This document shows positions 47,718-60,688 of a stretch of 64,000 bases of DNA, piece by piece (position 1 is the stretch's first letter; every line of letters starts with the position of its first letter). A program made the translations under genes and the position numbers. The notes beneath the pieces are model-generated. The model did no database searches. It had not been told where the DNA came from and was given only the letters and a program-made list of their open reading frames with translations. The stretch comes from Curvularia clavata (taxonomy: Eukaryota): assembly GCA_023920165.1 (NCBI GenBank), contig CP089278.1, positions 1,116,001 to 1,180,000 of the forward strand. The letters are read 5' to 3'.

Positions 47718-48046
47718 TGGTGGTGGGGCTAACTGAGCCCATTCGGCCAGAGAGCTGTGCATCTAGCTTGGATGACGTGAGAGAAGACGGGGTGGGAAAC
47801 AGGGGGAGGTGCTAGAGATGGTTAAACCCTCACTTCACCAACGATTCTGATATTCCGCTTTTACCACAAATGTTCAAGTAAACAAGTTTATGGATCAGTA
47901 ATGTACACAGAAAGTACATCTACTAAATACTCTATACACGACTATAATACTACACTGAGTCTTACATCTGCTTAAGCTTTTAGAAAGAACATGGAAAAGA
48001 AAAGGAGAGAGCAAAAGGATATTTCCCACTGCCACCTCTACGTATC

Positions 48047-50941
48047 CTAATTCTCCCCCTCCTCCTGACTCGCCTGCTGCTGCGTCCCCAACAACCTCAT
48101 TAAATCGCCCAACCCCGCACCCGCCCTCTTCCTCTGCTTCCCTCCCTCCTTCTCGGCAAACGCCAGACCCATCAGCTTCCTCTTCTCCTCTTGGATCCCC
48201 AGCACCCTCTCCTCAACACTCCCCTCGACCACCAACCTGAAAACCTTGGTTTCGCGCTTCTGACCTAGCCGGTGCACACGATCGACTGCCTGGTCCTCGA
48301 TAGCGGGCGCCCACCACGAATCCGCCATGATGACTTGGTTGGCAGCCACGAGGTTGAGTCCTACGCTGCAAACGGCAAGCGAGGCGAGCATGACGGTGGT
48401 TTTTGGGTCCGAGTCTAGTGCTTCGAGGGCTGTGTCACGGCGAGCGGTCGACATGCTGCCGTCTATGCGAACGTATTTGAAGCCGTGGGCGGCGAGATGG
48501 GGTTCGAGTATGTCGAGGAAGGAGGTCCATTGGCTGAAGATGATGGTTTTGTTGGTGGGGTCTTGAGCAGATGCCTTGAGGATGTCGAAGAGGGCTTCGA
48601 CTTTTGTGCTCGTATTCTTCTCAAGAGACGCTTTGTCGGCGATTTGCTCCTGAGTTAGTGGGGCAGAGGGCGCTGTAGACTTCTTTTTGGCGGGCTTGAC
48701 GGTCGTCGTCTCGAGGCTTTCGAGCTCAGCGCGGCACATGGGGCATTTGTGCTGTGTTTCTATGACGCGTTCGATACAGGCGGTGCAGAAGATGTGGGCA
48801 CATCTAGTAATAACGGGCTCTTTATATATATCGAGGCAGATGGGACAGTCTTCCTGGCTGTCGATAGAGAGCTGGAGCATCTTTTGCAGTGCAACCTTGT
48901 TCTCCTCTGTCAGGTCGACTGCACCATCTTCTTGTAGCTGCTCTATTATGGAGTCGAGACGCTCCTTGCCAACAAGCTGCCAGTGGTTGCACACTTGACG
49001 CATACGAAGCAGTACTTCCAGGAGATGTCGGTAGGTCGATGCGGCGTTCTTCTTGCCAATGCTCTTCCTGTATTCGTCGAGCTGGCCCTTGGCCTCGGCC
49101 TCCAACACATTGTACTTTTCTTGCTCGTGCGCATGTAACTTCACTTTGTGTACATACTCGTAGAGCTGTGGCAGTCGCAAGTCAATGAACCCCATCTCCT
49201 TCTTACGGCGTAGACATATGTCTGACATAAGCATCTGGAGAGATTTTTGACCTCTTGCGTCGCCCTGCATGACTGGACGCATGATAGCACTGTGGAACAC
49301 CTCGAAAGAATCAAGACCACCAGAGAGACGCAGGAAGCGGACCTGACTATACAGGTCTTTGAGGTTATTGATTATTGGCGTTCCAGTGAGCGTCCATCGC
49401 GACTGAGCCATCAGATTTGAAATGGCAATAGTCTTCTTGGCTTTGGGATTTCGTATGTTGTGGCCTTCGTCCAAAATAACGCGACGCCACTTGACGGAAA
49501 ATGGCCCTGCTTTCCGCGGCAAGGCAGTACTCTTCTGGCTATACCAATCAGAGGATATAGACTCATAAGTACTGATGACGACATCGTAGTTGTTGATGGT
49601 TTGGGGCGTAATTGGCTCCTTCCTTTGCCCGTGCCAGAACATGATACGGAGTGCGTGTTCTGGCTTGATGTGGTTCTTCATCTGCGTGCTCCAGTTGCTC
49701 ATGACGGACACAGGCGCAAGTATCAGGGTAGCCCCGGATGCATCTTTGGCGCCGCGGCCAAGGGCTCGATCGGCAACAATGAGGGAGATTGTCTGGATGG
49801 TCTTGCCCAAGCCCATGTCATCAGCAAGTATACCACCAGAAGCCAGTGCTGGTTTTTTGGTAGAGAAGCTTGTCGCCACATTGGTATACACATTCGATAT
49901 ATGGGTATGTGGCCGCCATAACTGAACAGTGTCTTGGGTACCTGGGGAAGGAAGTTTGGGACTTTCCTTGTCCAGCATCCACTGCAATCCCTGCAACTGG
50001 AAAGGGTGCAATTCCGTGAGGAGAGCCTCGGGCTGAGGGGCCTGAGGCATCGCCGCAAGATCTTCCTCTTTGACTCCAAATTCCTCAACTATTTCGTCCA
50101 TGTTTCTGGGATTGAATCGCTCACTGCCACTGATGATATCCTCTAGGCTAGGTCCTGTCATGGAAGGATCGCCCTGTGCCAAGTTCGCAGCATACTCTGC
50201 CATGCTATTTTCAGTATCTTGAAGCGGTTGAATACCCTTCTTCCCTTTTTTGCTGGCCCCTTTGGCGCGGCGCTCTTGCTCCTTTCTGGCGGCTGCCTCC
50301 CTACGTTGCCGCTCGCTGGCCTGTCCTACGGGCAGTCTATCCTTCTTCATTTTCGACATGAGTTCCTGGCGCATTACCGGATCGTCTGTTCCGTAGAGAT
50401 GGAGCTCAATTGGACACTCATAGTAGCCTTTTTCTCCCGTAAGCTGGGCTTCAATCAATAGGCTGCGGTCGTCCATGTATTTCGCTAGCTTAGCTGCCAG
50501 TAGTCTTGGAATATGGCCAATCTGCTCTCCTTGGACATTATCAACACGAATGGCGTTGGAATCGTATTGGTTGTGGGGCTCTCTCCTCAGAACAACTGTT
50601 TCCCCAGTCGTGGCATATCCATTGTAGTACCGTACGCCCACAATTTTGTTATCTAGAGAACCGTACAGCAGGTAATTGTAGTGCTGTTGGCTGTATCCTT
50701 GGGTAGAATTGGGAGCCTCTTGAGAAGCGTCATCTTCTTCTTCGTCATCCTCGTCCTCGTCAACAAAAATTGGGGCATCTTGCGATGAGCCCGGCGGTGC
50801 CCGTTGCGCATTATTGCGCGACGTACGAGCCTGCTTGGTTGCGCGTGGGCTTGGTTGCGATTCCGCGTATCCTTGCGACGAGGAAGCAGGCGCGTCATCT
50901 GCTGTGAGATCTATGACTTTTGCACGTCGTTTTGGAGGCAT
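48047..50941 (-). CDS. HIRAN-SNF2 helicase-RING protein (Rad5/HLTF-like DNA translocase and E3 ligase)
   Basis: HIRAN domain (IVGVRYY...REPHNQYDSNAIRV...IGHIP), GGILADDMGLGKT, DEGH, LTGTP, RING CPIC...CAHIFCTAC...CPMCR, FSQWT and QAVDRVHRLGQ. Likely start is MPPKRRAK at 50941. Confidence 0.92.
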   Translation of the reverse strand: MPPKRRAKVIDLTADDAPASSSQGYAESQPSPRATKQARTSRNNAQRAPPGSSQDAPIFVDEDEDDEEEDDASQEAPNSTQGYSQQHYNYLLYGSLDNKIVGVRYYNGYATTGETVVLRREPHNQYDSNAIRVDNVQGEQIGHIPRLLAAKLAKYMDDRSLLIEAQLTGEKGYYECPIELHLYGTDDPVMRQELMSKMKKDRLPVGQASERQRREAAARKEQERRAKGASKKGKKGIQPLQDTENSMAEYAANLAQGDPSMTGPSLEDIISGSERFNPRNMDEIVEEFGVKEEDLAAMPQAPQPEALLTELHPFQLQGLQWMLDKESPKLPSPGTQDTVQLWRPHTHISNVYTNVATSFSTKKPALASGGILADDMGLGKTIQTISLIVADRALGRGAKDASGATLILAPVSVMSNWSTQMKNHIKPEHALRIMFWHGQRKEPITPQTINNYDVVISTYESISSDWYSQKSTALPRKAGPFSVKWRRVILDEGHNIRNPKAKKTIAISNLMAQSRWTLTGTPIINNLKDLYSQVRFLRLSGGLDSFEVFHSAIMRPVMQGDARGQKSLQMLMSDICLRRKKEMGFIDLRLPQLYEYVHKVKLHAHEQEKYNVLEAEAKGQLDEYRKSIGKKNAASTYRHLLEVLLRMRQVCNHWQLVGKERLDSIIEQLQEDGAVDLTEENKVALQKMLQLSIDSQEDCPICLDIYKEPVITRCAHIFCTACIERVIETQHKCPMCRAELESLETTTVKPAKKKSTAPSAPLTQEQIADKASLEKNTSTKVEALFDILKASAQDPTNKTIIFSQWTSFLDILEPHLAAHGFKYVRIDGSMSTARRDTALEALDSDPKTTVMLASLAVCSVGLNLVAANQVIMADSWWAPAIEDQAVDRVHRLGQKRETKVFRLVVEGSVEERVLGIQEEKRKLMGLAFAEKEGGKQRKRAGAGLGDLMRLLGTQQQASQEEGEN

Positions 50942-53900
50942 TGCTTCTCTTGAACGTTTGATTGCAGCACAGGGGAAAGAGACGAGATGCTTGCGACAGC
51001 AGGCACAAGGTTCGCTGCCCTCGTCACATGATGTAGCCGTAATCGATGGTGGTCCATGCGTCGCGACAGAGCTGACCAGGAACAATGTCTCACGCTAGGA
51101 ACGCGTATGCAGGTGACATCACATGAAACAGGCGATCGGAATTGAATTCAGCTGTGACCTGTACTTCCTGTGTTGTAACAACAAGGGACCCTAATGTTGT
51201 TACCACCTTCTTCTGCTTGCATAATGTTGAAGCCGCATATATTACAGCTCAATACAGTGTAGACTAGCGATCGTCCATTTGCACTTTAGCACATAACACT
51301 TGCAAGTGGTCAAATTGTATTATCTTTATCGTCTTCATTACACAACAGCGGACATATCCCACCAAATTTGAACATTCTGATACATACGACCATAGGCTCG
51401 AGGGAGCAGGATTCCCCGTTCGATCAATCATACTTAAGCTCGAGACCGGCGGACTAGTAGCTAGGTAGGTGACTACTAGCGAATCCCCGCTGTCGTATGT
51501 TTTTTTTTGTCTTCTAAACACAGGTCACGTGCATCTTCACCAGAACCCAGTTTCCATCGGATTACTGCAGTCTTTTTGATACTCGCCACCAGGTGGAGAA
51601 CGCTGTAGTCTACTCGCTTCTCCAGCAGTTCCTGAAGATCTGTGCATACTGACTGTACGAGAGTGGGTATGGAAGATATGCGCTTATGCACTTTGCCACA
51701 TAACCTATTTCTACATCCATCTTTTTAACACAACAGCTTTATCCTGTCTGCAGACTGGGAGAAACAAAATTCAGTCTAGACACAGCTATGCGAGGATACC
51801 TGTATCAAGTGTCCACAGTTTCAAATAACAAGTGTACGGAAACCTAATGAAATATGAGTTACTTTAGATCCTGGTTACATTCCACACCATTTTCTCATCC
51901 GCACTATAACCACTAGAAAATTATATTTCGCAACAACTCAAATCAGCAAGTCACACGCGCGAGATGCAAAGCTGATAGAGTATCAAGCTTCTCACATTAA
52001 ATTTTTCCATCATGTAGGTTTCGCCAAAAGCGTTAAAAACCAATATATTGTCATTGCATTGCCTTTAAACGTGAAACACATGAAAATTTGTTGGGAGAGA
52101 CAAAGAACACATGACCGCCAGGGCGCACAGTGCAAACTCATCGCCCGATAGTTAATGCCAGGCCTGACAAAATGATTGTTACGGCCAGCAAGTCCCAGCA
52201 TAAGGTGTAGGAAGACGGCATAATAGTAAGACGAGGCCCCCCAAAAAAACAAGCATGTAGCGAGGATAAGGGTACGGCCCTGGAGCATTTTTAATTGCAC
52301 CGTGGTTTGGCCAGTTGTATGAAACAAATGCTGATGACAGGCCAGTCGGGACAAGCATCATCAGGCGACGAGAAAAGTCAAATCTCGATGGCGCTTGTTA
52401 TAATATCAAAACCACATGTGCATCTGTGTTGAGTTGATTCTTTTCGTTTCAATGACGACACCTGGGGATGAAAAAAAAATAACCCGTCGTCTCACGCAAA
52501 ATTATGTTCTATCCTTTTCCAGTGACGGCGCCACTAGAGACAGGCGTCGTCACAAAGTGTATATACGATAGATTGTGCAATATATTTTCTCTGGCAGGTC
52601 AACGACACATGAAGGGCCATGGGGTAATGGCCCTCAAGCAACCGGGGAAACGGACTATCGACCTGCGCCGCATAACGAGCAGAAGCAGTGCACAGAATCG
52701 CAAAGCTTTTATCTCGTGCTCGGCTAGCGCCGGCGCGCAGGTTTCTCCGATCACATCACGTGAGCTCGGGTAAATCCCGGCAAGAGCGAGGAACTTCAAA
52801 AATTTCTCGCGGTGGACTTGGCCTCTTCTTCTTCTTTCATGGCCGCTGATGATATCTCACAAAAGATAGGAAGAGTAAGACGTGGCCAACTGGCTGCGAC
52901 TGATTACAACTCATCACCACCTTCTGAGGCCTGTTCTCGCCATCTTGGCACGTTTCTGTTCAGAATAGCGACGCGACTGTTGCAGCTTTGTTGTGGAAGC
53001 TAGACGCGACCGTTGGATGACACCTGTATGTTTCGCAGATTTGAGAGCGATGCGCAGGCCTGTGAAACGACCTGAGTGCCAGAAGGGCATGGCAACCTCG
53101 TACAATGCCGTTACTGCTGCTTCAGATGACCGGGCCTTTTTTTGCGATGCCGCTTGTTTCAGCGAGGATGAGAATGTGGGCAGGGCCTGGATGCCCCACC
53201 ACCACACGTGCGCACCGGAGCAGCCATCGTATTTGTACTGTGGAAATTCATGCTTCACGTGTTTTTAGGGCACAATGGAGTCTTGTTCTTGGGTAATGCA
53301 TAGCTGCATCTCGGCATATGAGCCGCGGCCTGCTCTTCCAGGCCAGGTCCGTGGAGGCATTTTGCGGTGTTATGCCGTACGGTGCTCACCGACTCGAAAT
53401 TTGATCGAGCTCGTCCCGACCAACGGCAGTCTGCAAACGCTCCGGGTCCGTACAGAGATGTGCTCGTAAAGAGAATCCAGACCCTCTGGTATGTTCTCAC
53501 GATATCCGTAGACAAATCTCGCACGCGAATCATGGCAGTGATGATTTTTGGAGATGCGCGTATCGGCTACTGACTGCCTCGAATTTGAAATCACGACTAC
53601 TTTACGTCAAGATGCGACGTCACTTTATTCCATCTCCAGAATACATGGTAGATCTACTTGCTCATCCACACGCCTTGAGTTGCCCGATTAGCTCAACAAA
53701 GGTTGCATCTATTGTCTGTAAGCGTTCATTTGAATTGCGATCGTCGAGCTTGCTACGCTCATCTGCCCAAGATCTGCATCTGGGATCGGCAAGTTATCAC
53801 ACGTTACCATTTGAGAAGCACAGTTGCTAGCCGTCCACGGACGGTTTGGCCCGCAGCGTTGCAAAGACCCTTGGATGATATCGATGCAGTCTCTCGCCGA

Positions 53901-56900
53901 GGACTTGTTGAGGCACTGGGTTTTTTACGAGTCGCCGCGTCGAATCATGGTCGAGCGGAGGCTGGCAGAGATTTCGATTGCCGGGCCAAGACACGAGTTG
54001 CCAGCTTGACAAACGAATGGCATAGTACGGTACGCCATGATAGACTTGGGGCAGTAGCTTACGCGGGCATGACGGACCTGGGCCAGCCAAGGCTAAACCG
54101 GATTGACAATGGTTTCGGCGTGGGCTTATCATGGAGCGACCATGGCGATAGATGCCCACGTGTCTGTGGTCAAGATCCAGCCCACGGCGGTACAACCTCG
54201 ACCGCCTGTTCGTACTTGGGCAAGGCCGGCCGGACCGGCAATGGCCATGACGGCTCCAGAACGCGGGCCCTTGACGAGTTCCACTTGCCGTGTGGCCCAG
54301 ACGAGATGTGTCTGTCAGTGATGTCTTGCGTCTCAGACATTGGCCTTTGGGGAGCCTGAGCTGCGTTTTACAAGAAGGGTCTTCCTGGAACACATCGAGT
54401 ATGACAGTGCATAGCAGTTTTGCGTGCATTCAGCACTGAGCACCCAGCATCAATGTGGGGAAGTATTCCAGAAGCCTGAACGCCAGGGACCAGTTGCACG
54501 GCACCGGGCGGGCTGGGAGGAGATTGCACGCGACCCTTGACCCTGCCTCAGCATAACGCGAATTTCGTTTGACCAGGGCCCGGACGACCGTGCTTGAGAC
54601 TGCGACAGCTGGGACAGGTGGACTCTGCGATCTGCCAGCTGCCTCATCGGGATGACATGGCCGTTTGTCACTGCGTGCTGGGGCAATGGCATCATCTTAC
54701 CCACGTTTCACAAGGCCAGAGGGCGAGCGTGGTGGGTGTGCGTCGAGTTGGGTACGCGAGACAGAGGCTTCGCGTCTGGGCCACGCTTGACCATGGGCGT
54801 AGATTGATAGCGATGGCGACGGCGGCGGCAATGAGCGGCGGCGGAAGAAGATGGCAATAGTTAGACACGACGCGGTAGAGAGGCCTAGAGAGTCAGGCCA
54901 TGGGTTTGCCTCAGTGCCCCGGCGTTTGTTACGAGGCGGATGTGAGGATAGCGTTGTGTTGGGGCCGGGGCAGAGGCGAGTGGCACAGGTCGACTGACTT
55001 GAGGCGAAAAGTCGGTGGTGGAATGGTCAAGCCGGGTGTCATGGGAAAGGTTCCGATGGGCATGGCGGCGAGTCAAAGGGCGACTATGTGGGATAGTCAA
55101 ACCATGGGCGAGCGCTGAGCGGCAGGGCAGCGAGGAAGCCACACGACCCCGCCAGACTGGAAACCTCCTCGAATGATGGAAGATCAGGGCCTGGCGGGGC
55201 GCTGGCCAATGGCAGGGCGGCCGGAAGCAGTGGGCGAGGTGGGCCGAAGCTAGTATGGAAGCCAAAGGCTCCTTCCCCGGCGCCGAAGCAGTGGCAGGAC
55301 CATGCCGCACCCACCGCACCCACTGCGCGCCCACTGTGAGCACGACACGGTCCCTCTGCGCACGACGGCAGAGCCCTCTGCGGCGTCTTGAATCGCTGCC
55401 TTTTGCACGGCGACCCTGTCGAGTCGTATGGCGGCCCCGCTGATGTCGCCTTCTAGAAATTGCAGCGCATTTCATGTGCTGCGAGTGGCTGCATGATACG
55501 ACCGAGGGCAGGTGCGGTCGAGGTGGAGCAGTGGCAGCAGCGACCGGAAGCGTACACAGTTGGCAACAGCAGCAACAGAGGCAACAACGGCAGGCAGACG
55601 GGCATCTAGACGTCCAGACATGCAAACAGACTGGCGGTCAGAAAACACCATGCAGGCTGCTGCACGCGTTTCCTGGGGTCGTGATAAGGCCCGGTGTTGG
55701 TGGTGTCGTTTGTTCCTGCATCGTTCCTGCAGTAGAGGCGCCTCTGCAGCAATCAGCTCTGTGCAGTCATTGTGGGGGAAGGCGCGGTCTAGCGGATGGG
55801 AAGCGATCGGGCCTGCTCGACTCGACCAACGCTTGTTCCGCACTCTCGCGCCGCTTTAACATGCTGCCCCATTTAGGCCTCGCCGGCGGCTTCATAACTT
55901 TGCATCCGCTGCATTCAATAGCTCATTTCTATTTTGTGCCGACATTTGTACGAGCACCCCGGCCCTGCACAACTCTTTTGGACCGCCGTGTGCCTGTCGA
56001 CATGGACAGACGTGCCGCAGCACCACATCGCGGCCAGCCAACAGCAGCCGTTGGCCATGCGTCTTCTTGTCGCGGTGGTTGTTGCTGCTGCTGCTGCAAA
56101 TGGCACGGCACACGCGCCCTGTTCGGTTGCTGTTGTTGGTGTGCTGCTGCTCTTACACATTGCATACATACATGCTACTATTGCCCATTCGCCATGTGGC
56201 AAATCAGCCTCTGAAACAAACTTGCATCATGGATTCAGATTCAGGCCGCAATTCCCAAGCAGCTATATGTCCATCCATCCATCCTAATGCCATGCTTTCA
56301 CGCGTCTTTTGGCAAAAAAACCTCGGTCGTGGTGGCGACGTGCAGCTCACCGCACTCGACCATGTCGCACCATGGGCTATCCGTCGTGTTTCTGACCACT
56401 GGGAGGCGGCGGTGCCAGCCTACTCCAGCTGCCAGCTGCCAGCAGCCATTCATCCTCTTGCATCATGGCTGACGTTCCTGCCTGAGCCCGGCGCGCCCAC
56501 TTGGACGCGGTGCGTGTGGCGATGGATTGACCTTCTCCATTTGCTCTCGCCAGCAGGGCCCGATGCGGTTCAATGACTTTGGCCTCGCATTCTTGGTGCC
56601 CATTCTGCCCACGCCATGAGACATCGCTACCACACTTGGCTGTACCGTAAGGGAAAGCATGGCGAAACTGTCGCACTTCCGCGCTCGACTGTGCTCGCCG
56701 CCTTTTCGCCCGTTACCGCTGGTCAGCATTTGCAAGCGGCGCTCGTTCGTTCGTTACGTTGCTTCTGCTGTGGTCGACGACGGTCATAGCACGGGCGGGT
56801 ACGGCGAGCGCTACCGTCTTGTTTGGTGTGACAGACTGTTGTAAAGCGCGCGCGGCCTGGCCCTCATCAGCATCATCGTCATCCGCAGCGGAAGGCCCGC

Positions 56901-57912
56901 GACGCTGAGTGGATGTTTCAAAACACAGAGTACAGGGTCGCCCAGCTATCATTATCGATTGGCAGATAGCAGGATAGGCTGAATGAAACCCGGCATTGCG
57001 CTAATGGCAAGGCGAGTTGGGGTCGTGTGAGAGGTGAGCAGCGCAACAAAGACATGCCTGACTGACCACCCACCCCACCCCACTGCTGCCCACACCCTCC
57101 TCTATCCATCCATTCACCGGCAGTATCAGCATCCGTATCTTGTCACACTCAAGGCCGTTGCCGCCGCCGCAGCAGCAGCTAGCAGCCCGCCAGCACTCAC
57201 CATGAATCTTCCCGTAGCCAGCAGGCAAAAAGCTCGTCACCCTCAGCTTCGGTGGCTTCGCCATTCGGAGTGGGCGGCCAGACAGTCAGCGACTACGTAG
57301 GCCGACCCTCCCTCCATGCCACCCAGGCTGGCCTCCAGCCAATACGTGGAAGCGTCCCGGCACCGCCGCGCACATCTCATTTCGCCTATAGCCCCGTGCA
57401 GCTATGCATTGGGCGAATAATTTTAGGCCCCAAACCCATGCATAAATGCTCTCGCTGCTTTTGACGCGAGTCAAGACTAGGGTCTAATGCAGGATCCCAT
57501 TCCTGGCTGGCATGTGGAGCGCGCTGCGCCCCGACACACTAAAGCGAGCCGTCCTGGAGCGTGTGCGCATCAGTTCTCTTTTTCACTGGCCTGCCCTGGT
57601 CCAAGGTTCATCAACCACGTCCCTCTCGTTTCTTTCCGTTCAGGATTTCATCTTGGGTCATAATTTTTGTGCCCTCACACTCTTTGATCTTTATTATCTA
57701 TTAAGTGACGGTTCTCGTTATTACGATCCGTTCATCAGTCATTCCTTCCACCACCACCTCTCCCTACTACTCTCCTATACACTGCCCTCTGAATACTACT
57801 ACTACTATACAACTAATACTCCTTCATCCTTACCTGGCACCACAACAATCCATCAACCATCGGACGAAACTAAACCACCTACACACCCTTCCACATCACA
57901 TCACCGCCTGCA

Positions 57913-59666
57913 ATGGACGGCTCATACCCCATCCACCCTACCCAAGCAATGCAATCACCATTCTTCTACTACAACCCAGACCCTCAAGGCGAGAACAACC
58001 GCCAGCACGGTCACTTCACACCCCACCCATCAGGACAATCCACCTTCCAGCCACACAACATGTACTACCAGAGGCCGACATCAGCAAACTCCCACATGTC
58101 CTACCCTCAGACCGCCTACGCCAGCCAGATGATGACTCCCGTCGCGTCGCCCCAGCCAATGTACCAGAAGCCGGCCATCTTGATCCAACCTCAGGACTCG
58201 CCCTACCTTCACCCAATTGACACCGACTACTCTTTCTCGCCTGCTACTCCTCCTCTCTCATCATGTGCCAGCAGCACCAGCAGCCCTTCGTCCTACGACG
58301 TTCTCCCAACTCCTCTGCACGACATGTTCCCTGGTGAGGGCATGGAGGGTGTTAAGCAAGGTTGCGAGGGCGAGGTCTTTTCTGAGATTCTGTCGGCTGG
58401 CCTCGAGTGGCGTTCAACCACACCTCCCATGACACCAGGTACGTTGTGACTAGTTTCCGTCTCATTCGTTATTAAAAGATTGCACGTTTGCGTCACTCTT
58501 AAACAGCAAACAGACGGTGTGTGTGCGGATCTCATCGCTAACTCTTACCAGTATACATTCAGCCCCCATCCACTACCCAGGGATCATACCTTCTCTCTGC
58601 CACTTCTTGCCCTTCTCTCTCACCCTCCCCATCGCCTCTTCCCCGCGCTTCCGTTGCCGAGGCTGAGAACAACTTCTGCAACCCCCGCGACCTCACCGTC
58701 TCGGCTGCTTCTGAGCTTCCTATCGTCACACTTTGCCCTGGTGACGAGGAGCACAAGGTTGTTCTCAAGGGTGAGACTGCCAAGGTTGACAACCTGGAGT
58801 CTGCTCAGTCCTTCAACTTCCACGGCCTTCCCACCTTTGAGCCCCTGTTTGAGCTTGACTGCGAAGACGAGTTCAACGGCCTCGTCAACTTCTCCACCGA
58901 CAACACCCAGTTCCTCGGCAGCAAGCGACAGCGCACTGACCTCGGCGCCTTCTCGCCCGAGGAGGACTTCCTAAGCGACGAAAGCTTCACCGACTTTGAG
59001 GAGGAGCTTGTTCACGGTCTGCCTCTCACCCCTGCCACTAGCGAGTTCGACAACATGGCCGCCGTCAAGAGGCAAACAGTCAAGAAGGCCCGCGCCGTCT
59101 TCAGCGAGACCGAATCTGACTTCCAGGGTAAGCAACAGACATCCGGTGTTGAGAACACCGTGTCTGGAGCCTCAAGCCAACAAGAATCAGGTCAAGCCGA
59201 CAACGCCGTCGCCTCCAGTTCCGACGAGAACCCCACCCCGGTTGCTCCTACTAGCCGCCGCGGTCGCAAGCAGTCGCTTACCGACGATCCTTCCAAGACC
59301 TTCGTCTGCACTCTCTGCTCACGCCGCTTCCGTCGCCAGGAGCACCTCAAGCGCCACTACCGCTCTCTCCACACTCACGACAAGCCTTTTGAGTGCACTG
59401 ACTGCGGTAAGAAGTTCTCACGAAGCGACAACCTCTCTCAGCACCAGCGCACCCACGGAACTGGTGCCGTCAGCCTCGAAGTCATGGGCTCCGACTTCCA
59501 CCATGCTGACATGCACCATGGCCAGGCCGGTGCCTTTGCTGCCCAGGCCCCTTCCACTATGGGTGAGATCCTCTACAACGCTGCTGCTGAGATCCCTACC
59601 TCGAGCTCCGACGGATCCGAGCATGAGTCATCACCCAGTCAGAAGAAGCGAAAGAGGAACGAGTAG
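57913..59666 (+). CDS. msnA: STRE-binding C2H2 zinc-finger transcription factor MsnA/Seb1 (Msn2/4-like); intron 58439-58551
   Basis: [68 protein letters not shown]-terminal PFFYYNPDP and PPMTP|VYI, and a C-terminal basic NLS-like KKRKR. Confidence 0.9.
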
Positions 59667-60688
59667 GCATTTGCTTTTGCCGCGCTTTCTCCTTTGAACT
59701 TTTTAACGACCCTTCATGACATTCACCACATTCGGCAGAAGCATCTTGCATTGTGCGAGGCAACTACAGTCTACTTTGACGTCGATACGCAAAGGCGCCA
59801 TTGCTAGACAGGCGGCACAGGTTCGCATGGGCGGTCGAAACACCACCGGCCATCAAAAGTTCCTCGCTCCTCTTTACCCCTTGTATTCTACGCGTCCGAT
59901 CTGGGTGGCAAACACACTCTGAGATTAGCTTCTTTTTTCCACGCAAACAACAACTTGGGCTTCTTTTTTTACTTTTGCGCGTTTCTTCGGGGTTCTGGAG
60001 CGGGGAGACTGGGCACCACTGGCAGAACGGATAGATTTGGGATTCATTTTTTGCTTGCTTGGTTTCTTTTTTCTCATGACGACATGGCCATTACCCTACT
60101 CACCGGCCATTATCGCCGTGCTACCCTCCTGTTCATCATACCTCGCATTTCCTACACTCGTTGTAATTGGGCATGCGGCATCTACCGCTTGCACCTCTGA
60201 CATTCTGGGAATCTTCGCTTCTTTCTCACCATACACACATGTAATCGTCTGACTTGTACCCCCTGGCTCAGCAGAACACTTTCTTCAAAGCTTTATCATA
60301 GCCAATTGTAGGTTAGGAGTGCTGGCACTGTCCGACTATCATAGCAAAAAACTGCGTTACACCGACACTTGAGCCTCTCTTTTACTTTTTCTCCAATGAC
60401 GCCTTGCATGTGAACTTGTGGGTGTGTGAAGCCACGTAATACAGAAGAGGTTCTCTCCCTTCTTTTGCCTGGGCTGAGGTGATCGGTGGTTTCTTGACCC
60501 TGAACCCAGTTGTCAGCAGTCGGTAGTCGTCTTTTCTTTTTTTGGAAAACACCACGGCTTCTAGCGTGTGCTGACCTTTTAGCGAGTACCACTTTGCTCC
60601 TGCATCACTTCCATGCATCGGGCCGCCTCAACCCCAGCGTCGCTTTTTCGAGCCAGTCTGCTGCGGCACCCTTGAAAATCTGTGCGCC

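Noticed and set aside
52841..52931. Possible C/D snoRNA (TGATGA...CTGA with GGCC ends)
   Set aside because: The C box lacks the 5' purine and I could not match a guide to rRNA. It would need snoscan or Infernal to revive.
53703..56214. Several 200-250 aa ORFs in the long intergenic region
   Set aside because: They overlap on both strands and are Arg/Cys/Ala-rich low-complexity translations typical of GC-rich non-coding DNA. No domains were recognised.
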